A DNA stretch of 64,000 nt from Candidatus Latescibacterota bacterium (GCA_965203355.1 OZ241889.1:1984001-2048000); one strand, 5' to 3'; positions 34,406 through 43,410 are shown, numbered from the stretch's first letter. Translations and numbers: made by a program. The notes: a model not told the origin generated them from the letters alone.

Positions 34406-35080
34406 TTGGGAAAGCAGCCCCGGATGAAAAGGAATCGCAGTAGCCATAGTGGACTCAATTTTTGGCCTTCTTTCACGGACGCAATCACGGCTATCTTCAT
34501 TTGCGTCACTTTTTTTCTTGTTGTGATGGTGATCAAAAATTATGTGGATCTGAGCCGGCTGCGGACGCTGGAAGAATTGGTAGGTAAGATAGAGAAAGAT
34601 CTCGATGAGTTAGAGGGATTTATGGTAGAGGAAGACGTCGTCGTGGAAGAAGGTACCATTGTGATGCACAGTGACATCTTGTTCTCTTTTGATAAGTCCG
34701 ATCTAGGTGATATTCCCATCGAAGGGCAAGATCGGCTCAGGCGAATAGGGCGAAAATTAAAACAGTTTATTGAAGAAAAAGATAGTAAATTGTTCAGTAT
34801 TGTGGTAGAGGGACATACCGACAGTTACGGCGAGAGGGAATACAACCGCAATCTATCCCTGAAACGATCGCAAACTGTAGTGGACTATTGGGAGCAGGTC
34901 GGTTTCACTTGGGAAGATTTCGATATAGTCCCGGTTGGCTTAGGCGAGCGTGATCTGGTTGTCCTAACCGGAACAAAGGAGGAACAGTCCCCTAATCGAC
35001 GTATCGTGATCCGGTTGGTGCCTAAATTTAGCCAACTAATCCAGAGCCTACAGGAGCAGAACATCCTACTGAGGGATTAG
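34406..35080 (+). CDS. MotB/OmpA-family peptidoglycan-binding protein (ZorB-like)
   Basis: FWPSFTD TM with the conserved Asp; ILFSFDKS, VEGHTD, NRNLSLKRS, NRRIVI. Alternative start ATG 34424. Confidence 0.88.
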   Translation: MGKQPRMKRNRSSHSGLNFWPSFTDAITAIFICVTFFLVVMVIKNYVDLSRLRTLEELVGKIEKDLDELEGFMVEEDVVVEEGTIVMHSDILFSFDKSDLGDIPIEGQDRLRRIGRKLKQFIEEKDSKLFSIVVEGHTDSYGEREYNRNLSLKRSQTVVDYWEQVGFTWEDFDIVPVGLGERDLVVLTGTKEEQSPNRRIVIRLVPKFSQLIQSLQEQNILLRD

Positions 35081-35248
35081 CAGCACTCTGTCATTCAACC
35101 TCTTTATTGTGGCGTCGGGCGGTAAGGATTGTTCGGCGCGATCGCGAAAGAATTGGAGAGCCTCCAGACGCCCACTTCCGCGACGATTTTCACCCTGACA
35201 TAGCTGTTGCAAGATCGAGAAGTAGCGGGCGATATGGGCTGGGCGCCC

Positions 35249-35278
35249 TTGACAGATTTCAACGCAGCCCTTTAAACT
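35249..35278 (+). promoter_or_regulatory. sigma70-like promoter of the B12 operon
   Basis: TTGACA-N18-TAAACT immediately upstream of the riboswitch. Confidence 0.6.
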
Positions 35279-35289
35279 TGAGTAAACAA

Positions 35290-35480
35290 CGGCGCAGGTG
35301 CCCGCTGCTGCATGGCAGTGGGAGAATAGGGAAGGCAGTGCAAATCTGCCGCGGTCCCGCCACTGTGACCGGTTGACGGCTTAGGGGTCGTCGCGTCCCC
35401 GACATCAGCCACTGATCCGCATGCGGATCGGGAAGGAGTCGGGCGGCATATAACCGGAAGTCAGGAGACCTGCCTGCGAC
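35290..35480 (+). promoter_or_regulatory. Cobalamin (AdoCbl) riboswitch
   Basis: AGGTGCCC..AATAGGGAAG..GTGCAAATC..CCCGCCACTGTGA..GCCACTG..GGGAAGG..GAAGTCAGGAGACCTGCC (B12 box), upstream of a TonB-dependent receptor. Confidence 0.95.
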
Positions 35481-35521
35481 CGAGGTGAACGACACCCTTC
35501 GGCAGAAAGGTTGGTCCGCCG

Positions 35522-37783
35522 GTGCCTAGCACAAGCTTTCCGACCCGCACTCATTCGAGGGCGGGCTTTTTTATTGTTTTCATCGTACTGGCCCTGCATC
35601 CCGAGGCCCTCTTGGCCGGGTCGCTACAGGGCCGATTGCTCGACCCAGACGCGGAACGCCCCGTGCCCGGTGCCGTATTGACGCTGCTAAGTGCTCCATC
35701 CGGCGCAATCCATTCCGTCCGCAGCGATACCACCGGCTCCTTCCGTCTCGAAAATCTGTCGCCAGGCACTTGGGATTTGCGGGTGGAGCGGCTGGGCTAC
35801 CGGCCTCTGCACAGCCAGATCCAGATCGGCGTGGCGCCCACCTCAGTCGAGTTGCATCTGCAATCCCGGCCCATGCTCATGGACGAGTTGGTGGTCCGCG
35901 CCCGGCGCGACCCCGAGGGCAAGCACGTTGCCTCTTTTGTCGAAACCATTGTCTTAGGTGCCCGGCGCACGCCCGGCGCGGACTTGGCTCAGACGCTCGA
36001 CCGCGCTACCGGCGTCAACATCCGCCGCTACGGCGGGTTGGGCAGTTTTAGCACCTTTTCCATTCGCGGGTCCACGGCCGAACAGGTGCAAGTTTTTCTC
36101 GATGGGATGCCGCTCAACTCGGCTGTTGGTGGCGGCGTGGATCTAGGCGGCTTGCCCATCGGCGGCGTTGAAAGCGTCGATATATACCGGGGTGCGGTGC
36201 CCGCACGCTTTGGCGGCAACAGTCTCGGGGGGGTGGTTCACATTCGCACGCAACCGCTCGGTGGCAAAGTCCGCCGGGGCTTGCACACGGCGTCTGGTTC
36301 GCACGGTACCCGCCAACTGGGTGCTTCGCTCAGCGGCCCGTATAAGGGGTGGGAATACTTGGGCTTGGTCAACTACCGAGCCAGCCGCAACGACTTTCGC
36401 TTTTGGGACGACAACGGCACCGAGTACAACGCTCGAGACGACGGCTGGGCGCGCCGGCTCAACAGCGATTTTCGCGGCTTGCGCGGCTTGGCCAAAATCG
36501 GGCGCGGCTGGGGCGCGAGTCGCTTGCAGATTCACAACACTTTTGACCTGAGCTACAAAGGCATCCCCGGCCTTGGCAACAACCAGTCCCTACACACGCG
36601 CTACGACACGTGGCGGCACAGTGCCGAAGCGGTGCTCTTCGGCCCACTGGGCGATGGCCGCGCTGGATACCGAATCAAAGCCCATCACTCGCGCCAAAAA
36701 GACGAGTACCAAGATCGGCGCGGCGAAGTGGGCTTGGGCCGCCAGCACGACCGCAACATCACCCAGCGTTTGGGGCTGCGCGGCGCGGTGAATGCGCTCC
36801 TGCCCGGTGAGCCTCTGCTGACCGCTTTTGTCGCGGCGCGGCGCGAGACCTTTGCACCCGACGATCGGCTTCGCCCTGAAAGTCGGCTCTTGCGCAGTCG
36901 CCGCCGGGCGCTGGCGGTCGGCACCGAGGTGGAGGTGCCGTTGGGACCGCGCTTGACGCTCCAGGCTGGCACGCAGGCCGAAGGGCTTGACGACCGCTTT
37001 TTCGAGCGGAAGAACTTCGCGCCGAGCGCGGTGTTGCCGCGCCGCAACAACGGCGTAATCCTGTGGGGCTATCGCCTGGGGGGGGCCTTGGATTTAGGGG
37101 CTGGTTTGGTGCTCAAAGCCCACAATGGCCGCTATCAGCGTGCGCCCAATTTCTTTGAACTGTTCGGCGACCGCGGCGCGGTAATCGGCAATACCAACCT
37201 CGTCAGCGAAGAAGGGCACCACTGGGATGTGGGTTTGGTTTTTCGCGGTTCCGCCGCTGGCGTGGGACTGGGGCTGGCCGAGGTCGCGTACTACCACAAT
37301 CGCGTCGAAGACCTCATTCGCTTCATGCAAAACTCACAGCGGGTGTCGAGGCCCTACAATATGGGGGGGGCCTTGCTGCGCGGCGTGGAAACGCGGGTTG
37401 AGGCGCGGCTGTTGCCCAGGCTCGCGCTCCGCGGCAACTACGCGTACCAACGCGCCGAAAACCGCACTCCGCTCTCTTTTGAACGGGGCCATGACCTGCC
37501 CGGGGCGCCGCGCCATCGGCTCAATACGCGCCTCTCCCTCGGCTTGGGCCGCGCTGACATCTACGGCGAATTCAGCCGCGAAAGCCAGCATTTTCTCGAC
37601 CGGGCCAATCTGCGCCCCGTGCCCGTGCGCGCCTGGTACAATCTCGGCGGCACTACGCCGCTGGGCGCGGGCATCGCTTTGTCTTGGGAGCTGCGCAATC
37701 TGACCGACAATCAAATAGCCGATCTGTGGGGCTATCCGCTGCCGGGCCGCTCGTATGGGGTTTCCGTGCATTATAACCGCTAA
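35522..37783 (+). CDS. btuB: TonB-dependent receptor, probable cobalamin transporter
   Basis: Carboxypeptidase-like N-domain, plug (FSIRGS..QVQVFLDG, VDIYRG), C-terminal NLTD..GYPLPGRSY. Riboswitch context. Confidence 0.85.
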   Translation: MPSTSFPTRTHSRAGFFIVFIVLALHPEALLAGSLQGRLLDPDAERPVPGAVLTLLSAPSGAIHSVRSDTTGSFRLENLSPGTWDLRVERLGYRPLHSQIQIGVAPTSVELHLQSRPMLMDELVVRARRDPEGKHVASFVETIVLGARRTPGADLAQTLDRATGVNIRRYGGLGSFSTFSIRGSTAEQVQVFLDGMPLNSAVGGGVDLGGLPIGGVESVDIYRGAVPARFGGNSLGGVVHIRTQPLGGKVRRGLHTASGSHGTRQLGASLSGPYKGWEYLGLVNYRASRNDFRFWDDNGTEYNARDDGWARRLNSDFRGLRGLAKIGRGWGASRLQIHNTFDLSYKGIPGLGNNQSLHTRYDTWRHSAEAVLFGPLGDGRAGYRIKAHHSRQKDEYQDRRGEVGLGRQHDRNITQRLGLRGAVNALLPGEPLLTAFVAARRETFAPDDRLRPESRLLRSRRRALAVGTEVEVPLGPRLTLQAGTQAEGLDDRFFERKNFAPSAVLPRRNNGVILWGYRLGGALDLGAGLVLKAHNGRYQRAPNFFELFGDRGAVIGNTNLVSEEGHHWDVGLVFRGSAAGVGLGLAEVAYYHNRVEDLIRFMQNSQRVSRPYNMGGALLRGVETRVEARLLPRLALRGNYAYQRAENRTPLSFERGHDLPGAPRHRLNTRLSLGLGRADIYGEFSRESQHFLDRANLRPVPVRAWYNLGGTTPLGAGIALSWELRNLTDNQIADLWGYPLPGRSYGVSVHYNR

Positions 37784-37798
37784 CTGAGGAGGATTTTT

Positions 37799-39205
37799 GT
37801 GTCTCGCATTTCCATTTTAGCCGTATCTGTCTTGCTGCTGGCCCACTCGTCTTCGGCGCAGCGCGATCTCTTCGTCATCACCACGGACTTTGCTACCGGC
37901 AGCACGGCCTTTTTGGCCGCGAATGCGGCGGCGGCCGAGGTGAATTTGTTGGGCATTCACTCGGATGCCATGGGGCACTACCACGATGGCCGCGTCTATA
38001 TCGTCAACCGCCTAGGACAGGACAATGTCTTGGTGCTGGACGCGCTGGATTTGCATGCGCCGCTGACGCAGTTTTCGGTCGGCAATGGCACCAACCCGCA
38101 CGACATTGAAATCGTCGCACCCGACAAGGCGTATGTAACGCGCTACGAGACGGCGTCTTTGCTGATCGTCAATCCCCAAAACGGCGCGGAATGGGGTCAA
38201 ATCGATCTGAGCGCGTTTGCCGATGCCGATGGCCTGCCCGAAGTGGCGCAAATCGTCCGCGTGGGCGATCGGCTCTACTTGAGCTGTCAGCGGCTCGACC
38301 GCGACGGTGGGTGGGGACCGGCTGACGTCAGCTACCTGATCGTCGTCGATCTCACCCGCGACGCGCTGGTGGATGTGGACCCGGATGTCGAGGGCGTACA
38401 GGGCATTGCGCTGCGTGCGGCCAACCCCAACAGCATGGCCGTGATCGGCGAACAGATTGCCGTGGGGGTAGCAGTCGGTTTTGGCGATCGGGCCGGCGGC
38501 GTGGAAATCGTCGATACGGCGACCAACCGCAGCCTGGGGCTGGCCGTCAGTGAAGAGGACTTGGGTGGCGATATTACATCCATGATACTCGTCGATCACA
38601 ACCGAGGCTATGCTGTGGTGGCGGACGAAAATTTCGCCAACAGCGTCCGGCCCTTTGAATTGTCCAGCGGTGCGGTGGGCGTTCCCTTGGAAAATGTCAG
38701 CGGCGGCTACATCCCCAGCTTGGCGGTAGATGGCGACCGCTTGATCGTCGCCGATCGCGGCAGTTTCGCCGACCCAGCCAGCGCCGGGCTCAAGTTCTAC
38801 GACGCGGCCACGGGCGCGTTCCTGAGCGGCCCCATCGACACCGGCCTACCGCCGCAGGACATCGTGGTCTTGGGCGATGCGGCCGTTCCCACGGCCGTGG
38901 CCGAGACAGCCGACCGCTTGCCGCCGGCATTCGCCTTGGCAGCGGCCTATCCCAACCCCTTCAACGCTTCGGTGCAGATTCCCTTTGCGGTCTGGCAGGT
39001 CCACGCCCCGGTCGAGTTGACTGTCCACGACGTTTTGGGCCGCCCCGTCCGCACGCTGGCTTCTGGTGCGGTCGCGGCTGGACGACATGTTTTCCACTGG
39101 GATGGTCGCAATGCCGCCGGTGAGCCGGTCGGCAACGGCGCGTATCTGGTGCAGTTGCGCGCTGGCAGTCAACGGGCGGTGGCCAAGGTGATGTTGATTA
39201 AATGA
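37799..39205 (+). CDS. Secreted beta-propeller (YncE/BtuG-like) protein with FlgD-Ig/T9SS-type C-terminal domain
   Basis: Signal peptide; YIVNRLG, NPHDI..KAYVTRY blades; AYPNPFN...WDGRN..G.GAYL C-terminal domain. Confidence 0.7.
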   Translation: MSRISILAVSVLLLAHSSSAQRDLFVITTDFATGSTAFLAANAAAAEVNLLGIHSDAMGHYHDGRVYIVNRLGQDNVLVLDALDLHAPLTQFSVGNGTNPHDIEIVAPDKAYVTRYETASLLIVNPQNGAEWGQIDLSAFADADGLPEVAQIVRVGDRLYLSCQRLDRDGGWGPADVSYLIVVDLTRDALVDVDPDVEGVQGIALRAANPNSMAVIGEQIAVGVAVGFGDRAGGVEIVDTATNRSLGLAVSEEDLGGDITSMILVDHNRGYAVVADENFANSVRPFELSSGAVGVPLENVSGGYIPSLAVDGDRLIVADRGSFADPASAGLKFYDAATGAFLSGPIDTGLPPQDIVVLGDAAVPTAVAETADRLPPAFALAAAYPNPFNASVQIPFAVWQVHAPVELTVHDVLGRPVRTLASGAVAAGRHVFHWDGRNAAGEPVGNGAYLVQLRAGSQRAVAKVMLIK

Positions 39206-39235
39206 GCGGGCAAATAAACAAGAAAGGCAACAGGC

Positions 39236-39799
39236 ATGGTTACGCTATCTAAGCTCTACACTAAGACGGGCGACGGCGGCACGACGCGGCTCGGCGATAT
39301 GTCGCAAGTGCCCAAGACCAGTGCTCGCATCGCCGCTTATGGATGCGTGGATGAACTGAACTCGGTGATTGGGCTGGCGCGGGCCAGCGGTGCTGTGCGC
39401 GACGACGTGCTCGCCCGGGTGCAAAACGATCTCTTCGATTTGGGGGCCGATTTGTGCGTTCCGCTGGCCGATGGGGCCGAAGAACGCCTGCGCGTACAGC
39501 CGCAGCAGGTCCTTTTCCTAGAGCGGCAAATTGACGATCTCACGTGCGATTTGGCGCCATTGCGGAGCTTTATCTTGCCCGGGGGACGGCTTCCCGCGGC
39601 TTGGCTTCACTTGGCGCGGACGGTGTGTCGCCGCGCCGAGCGGGCCGTTTGGCAACTCGCCGAGCAAGAGCCGGTCGGCCCGCCGGTTTTGCAGTACCTC
39701 AACCGGCTCTCCGACTTGCTGTTCGCGCTGGCGCGGGCTGCCAACGATGGTGGGGCGGCGGATGTGTTGTGGGAGCCGGGGGCGGGGAGTGGTCAGTAG
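39236..39799 (+). CDS. pduO: ATP:cob(I)alamin adenosyltransferase, PduO type
   Basis: KLYTKTGDGGTT, AYGCVDELNS, FILPGG, ARTVCRRAER, YLNRLSDLLF. Confidence 0.95.
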   Translation: MVTLSKLYTKTGDGGTTRLGDMSQVPKTSARIAAYGCVDELNSVIGLARASGAVRDDVLARVQNDLFDLGADLCVPLADGAEERLRVQPQQVLFLERQIDDLTCDLAPLRSFILPGGRLPAAWLHLARTVCRRAERAVWQLAEQEPVGPPVLQYLNRLSDLLFALARAANDGGAADVLWEPGAGSGQ

Positions 39800-39904
39800 C
39801 CAGTAGCCAGTAGCCAGTGGCCAGTCCCCTATCTCCCCGTCCCTTTTGAGGTAAGGCCGGGTCGAAACTGACCACTGACCACAGATCACTGACCACTGAC
39901 CACT
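39788..39904. repeat. Inverted arrays of 7-bp tandem repeats (AGTRGYC x5 ... ACTGACC x5)
   Basis: Left arm 39788-39825 and right arm 39867-39904 are roughly reverse-complementary. Confidence 0.88.
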
Positions 39905-39917
39905 AAGGAGACATTCG

Positions 39918-41075
39918 ATGGACAAAGTGTATTTTTGGCTCGGGCTGGCTTTTGGCGCGGCCGCGGCGAGCGGGGCCGATTGCGGCGATACCTACGATCC
40001 GGCGCAGGATTATTTTCCCCACAAGGTCGAGTTGCAATACGCCGAGAGCTTTGCGATTGAGTATTTCAACCATTACAAAGTGATCACCGTGCGTACTCCG
40101 TGGCCCGGTGCCGAAGAAGCGGTCCAGTACTTATTGGTCCAATGCGGTACGCCCGCACCCGACGGGTACGATGGCGTTCAGCGCATCACCGTGCCCATTC
40201 GCCGTCTCGCGGCCTTATCGACCACGCAACTGCCGCACCTCGAATTGCTCAATGCGCTCGAAAGCCTAGTCGCCGTCAGCGACATTGAGATGGTAAATTC
40301 GCCCGGCGTCAACCAGCGTTTTGCGGCGGGCAAAATCGCCGAAATTGGCCACGGTGCCGAGGTTAATCTCGAGGTAGTGCTGGCATTGGCGCCCGACGTG
40401 GTGATGACCGTGGCTTCGGCTCAATCCCGGTACAACGCCCATCCGGTCTTGCAGCAAGCCGGCGTGGCCGCGGTCGTCAACGCCGAATACACCGAGCCTT
40501 CGCTTTTGGGCCGCACGGAATGGCTCAAGTTCACGGCGGCCTTTTTCAACGCCGAGGCTTTGGCGGCAACGCGCTTTGCGGATATTGTGGCTCAGTACCA
40601 GCAATACGCGGCTTTGGTGCAGGATGTGCCCAGGGGCCAACGCCCTACGGTGTTCGGCGGCTCGCTCTGGCGCGACACTTGGCACGTTGCCGGCGGCAAA
40701 AGCTATGCGGCGCAGTTGATCGCGGCGGCCGGCGGCGCGTACCTGTGGGCCGACGACGATTCCAAAGGGAGCTTGCCCTTGGACTTTGAGGCCGTGTACG
40801 AAAAGGCCCACCTGGCCGATGTGTGGCTGACCATGCGCAACGAATGGCATTCGCTGGCCGAGGTGCAGGCGGCGGACGAGCGCTATGGCGCGTTTGCCGC
40901 GTTTGCCAACGGCCGAGTGTACAATGCCAATGCGCGGCTCAACGCGCATGGCGGCAACGACTACTGGGAAAGCGGCTTGGTCGAACCCCATGTTGTGCTG
41001 GCTGATTTCATACAAATCCTGCATCCCGACCGCCTGCCGGAACACGCGCTCAAGTTCCATAAAAAGCTAGACTGA
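39918..41075 (+). CDS. ABC transporter substrate-binding protein (cobalamin/Fe-siderophore class)
   Basis: VPIRRLAALSTT, EPSLLGRTEWLKF, NDYWESG..PHVVLAD. AAGGAG RBS. Confidence 0.9.
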   Translation: MDKVYFWLGLAFGAAAASGADCGDTYDPAQDYFPHKVELQYAESFAIEYFNHYKVITVRTPWPGAEEAVQYLLVQCGTPAPDGYDGVQRITVPIRRLAALSTTQLPHLELLNALESLVAVSDIEMVNSPGVNQRFAAGKIAEIGHGAEVNLEVVLALAPDVVMTVASAQSRYNAHPVLQQAGVAAVVNAEYTEPSLLGRTEWLKFTAAFFNAEALAATRFADIVAQYQQYAALVQDVPRGQRPTVFGGSLWRDTWHVAGGKSYAAQLIAAAGGAYLWADDDSKGSLPLDFEAVYEKAHLADVWLTMRNEWHSLAEVQAADERYGAFAAFANGRVYNANARLNAHGGNDYWESGLVEPHVVLADFIQILHPDRLPEHALKFHKKLD

Positions 41076-41081
41076 GAAGCT

Positions 41082-42143
41082 GTGGCGACTGCTTCCACGA
41101 CTGATACACCGCGCCGGGGACTCTTGCTGGCAATGGCCGGAGCCTTGCTCGGCTTTTTTGCCCTCAGCTTGGGCGTGGGGTCGGTGTCCATTCCCCTCGA
41201 TGCGGTGGTCGCCATCCTGTGGGGCGAAACCGACCAAAAGCCGAGTTGGAGCCATATTATCTATGCGATCCGCCTGCCGCGTGCGCTCACCGCGCTATTG
41301 GCTGGCGCGGCCCTGAGCGTCAGCGGTTTGCAAATGCAGACCCTGTTCCGCAATCCCCTCGCCGATCCCTTCATCCTCGGCATCAGCGCTGGAGCCAGTT
41401 TGGGCGTGGCGTTGGTCGTCTTGGGCACGGGCGTCACCGGAGCCGGGTTGCTGGTTGGTTTGGGGCTTTTGGGGCAGGTCGGCGTGGTGGCCGCGGCCGT
41501 GGTTGGCGCGGCCTTGGTGTTGGGCTTGGTGCTTTTCGTGGGGCGGCGCGTGCAGCACACCATGACCTTGCTTATCCTCGGCCTCATGTTCGGCTATCTG
41601 ACCAGTGCCGCGGTCAGCGTGTTGCTCTACTTCAGCATACCCGAGCAGGTGCAGACTTACGTTCTGTGGACCTTTGGCAGCTTTGGCGCGGTCACTTGGG
41701 GCCAGCTTACTTTTTTGGCCCCGGTGGTGTTGGCGGGTTTGGCAATTGCCGGACTGCTGGTTAAACCGCTCAATGCCCTGCTGCTCGGCGAAACGTATGC
41801 GCGCAGCATGGGGCTGGGGGCGCGGCGGGCGCGATGGTGGATTATTGCGAGTGCCGCGCTGCTGGCTGGCGCGGTCACGGCCTATTGCGGCCCGATTGGC
41901 TTTTTGGGCGTGGCGGTGCCGCATTTGTGCCGCGCTCTTTTCAATACTTCTGACCACCGAGTACTGCTGCCGGCCAGCGCACTCTTGGGCGGCATTTTAG
42001 CGCTGACTGCGGATCTAGTGGCCCGTTTGCCCGGCAGCGATGCCACCCTGCCGCTCAACGCGGTTACCGCTCTGATCGGCGCGCCCGTGGTCACTTGGAT
42101 TATCCTGCGCCGCCGGACGCTGCGGCCGGCTTTTGCCGCCTGA
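41082..42143 (+). CDS. FecCD/BtuC-family ABC permease
   Basis: IRLPRALTA, QTLFRNPLADPFILGISAGA, GPIGFLGVAVPH. Confidence 0.93.
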   Translation: MATASTTDTPRRGLLLAMAGALLGFFALSLGVGSVSIPLDAVVAILWGETDQKPSWSHIIYAIRLPRALTALLAGAALSVSGLQMQTLFRNPLADPFILGISAGASLGVALVVLGTGVTGAGLLVGLGLLGQVGVVAAAVVGAALVLGLVLFVGRRVQHTMTLLILGLMFGYLTSAAVSVLLYFSIPEQVQTYVLWTFGSFGAVTWGQLTFLAPVVLAGLAIAGLLVKPLNALLLGETYARSMGLGARRARWWIIASAALLAGAVTAYCGPIGFLGVAVPHLCRALFNTSDHRVLLPASALLGGILALTADLVARLPGSDATLPLNAVTALIGAPVVTWIILRRRTLRPAFAA

Positions 42144-42160
42144 GTGCCGTGGCTGTGGCG

Positions 42161-43153
42161 ATGCTACAAACGCGCGCCCTGTGCATTGGCTACGCGCCCA
42201 AACGCCGCCCGCGCCTGGCGGTGGCCGCCGACATTAACGTGGAATTGCCCAAGGGGGAATTGGTGTGTCTGTTAGGCCCCAATGGGGCGGGCAAGTCCAC
42301 GCTCATGCGCACGTTGGCTGGCCTGCAAAAGCCGCTGGCGGGCGAGGTGCTCCTCGAAGGCCGCGACCTGCACGGGCTGACCGAGCGCGAGCGGGCGCGG
42401 CTTTTGGGCTTAGTTCTGACCGAGCGGATCGATGTGGGCAACCTATCGGCCTATGCACTCGTGGCGTTGGGCCGCTACCCGTACACCGGCTGGGACGGTC
42501 GCCTGGCGGCCGCGGACGAAGCGGTGGTGCGCTGGGCTATGGACGCGGTGGGGGCCAGGGAACTGGCCGCGCGGAGTGTTGGCGAGTTGAGCGATGGCGA
42601 GCGGCAAAAGGTGATGATTGCCCGCGCCTTGGCGCAGGAACCAGCGGTGCTGCTGCTAGATGAACCCACGGCCTTTTTGGACTTGCCGCGGCGCGTCGAA
42701 ATCGTGCAGTTGTTGCGCCGCTTAGCTGGCGATCGCGATCGCGCGGTCTTGCTCTCCACGCACGATTTGGACTTGGCCCTGCGCTGCGCCGACTGCCTCT
42801 GGCTGCTGCCGCCAGGCGGCCCTTTGCACACCGGGGCACCGGAGGACTTGGTGTTGAGCGGGGCTTTTCAGCGCACGTTTGCGGACGTGGCATTCGACCC
42901 GGCCCTTGGTTCTTTCCAACTGGTGCAAGAGCCGGAAGGCGCAGTCGGTTTAGTGGGAGAAGGGCTTCATGCCCGGTGGACGGTGCGCGCGTTGGAACGG
43001 GCTGGTTTCTGCGTGGCGGAAGACGCGCCGACGCGCGTCGAGATCATCCACGACAAGGGCGACCCGGCTTGGCGGCTTCACACGGCGGCCGGCGTGCGCG
43101 TCTGCGCTACGCTATACGAGGTGGTCAAGTGTTTGAAAGCCCCAAGCCCTTGA
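42161..43153 (+). CDS. ABC transporter ATP-binding protein (BtuD/FepC-like)
   Basis: GPNGAGKST, LSDGERQ, LLLDEPT, STHD. Start uncertain (GTG 42149 or ATG 42161). Confidence 0.9.
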   Translation: MLQTRALCIGYAPKRRPRLAVAADINVELPKGELVCLLGPNGAGKSTLMRTLAGLQKPLAGEVLLEGRDLHGLTERERARLLGLVLTERIDVGNLSAYALVALGRYPYTGWDGRLAAADEAVVRWAMDAVGARELAARSVGELSDGERQKVMIARALAQEPAVLLLDEPTAFLDLPRRVEIVQLLRRLAGDRDRAVLLSTHDLDLALRCADCLWLLPPGGPLHTGAPEDLVLSGAFQRTFADVAFDPALGSFQLVQEPEGAVGLVGEGLHARWTVRALERAGFCVAEDAPTRVEIIHDKGDPAWRLHTAAGVRVCATLYEVVKCLKAPSP

Positions 43154-43232
43154 GGTTGCTCGGGCCGCTGGCATTTTCAAAGGATGAGGATGCAGGAGCG
43201 CACGGGCATATCGCCAGTAAAAAACAAAACTT

Positions 43233-43357
43233 ATGAACCGCATCGTTTCTCTATTGCCTAGCAGCACTGAAATCGTCTGCGCCCTTGGTTGGCCGTTCGC
43301 ACGAGTGCGATTATCCGCCCGGTGTCGGCGAGTTGCCGGCCTGTACGGCCCCTAAGC
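43233..43357 (+). pseudogene. Remnant of a cobalamin-binding periplasmic protein gene
   Basis: ATG 43233 reads MNRIVSLLPSSTEIVCALG, then in another frame VGRSHECDYPPGVGELPACTAPK; the rest of the gene is absent. Confidence 0.75.
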
Positions 43358-43410
43358 GACACGCACGAGCACCGGGGCTGGGATCGGTGGGAAGCCTGAA
43401 GAGGGGTGCC

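Larger units (their letters stand above)
21184..35080 (+). other. Lower-GC 8-gene accessory operon (tubulin-like/Hsp70/GrpE/ZorAB-like system)
   Basis: Eight co-oriented, tightly packed ORFs. Hand count of GC: 25/60 at 32221-32280 versus 46/60 at 19381-19440 in the flank. Confidence 0.8.

Noticed and set aside
32753-35080. Flagellar motAB, or exbBD energising the adjacent TonB-dependent receptor
   Set aside because: The long tail and OmpA-type domain do not fit ExbB/ExbD, no flagellar genes are present, and composition groups the pair with the island rather than the B12 operon.
20592-35280. Island as an integrative element with att sites: CTTGAGATTTCAACACGCA (left) versus CTTGACAGATTTCAACGCA (35248-35266)
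   Set aside because: The match is short, needs two gaps, and coincides with the -35 box of the B12 promoter. No integrase, transposase or tRNA is present.
35107-35376. 89-aa ORF after the island
   Set aside because: It overlaps the promoter and riboswitch and has no RBS or recognisable motif.
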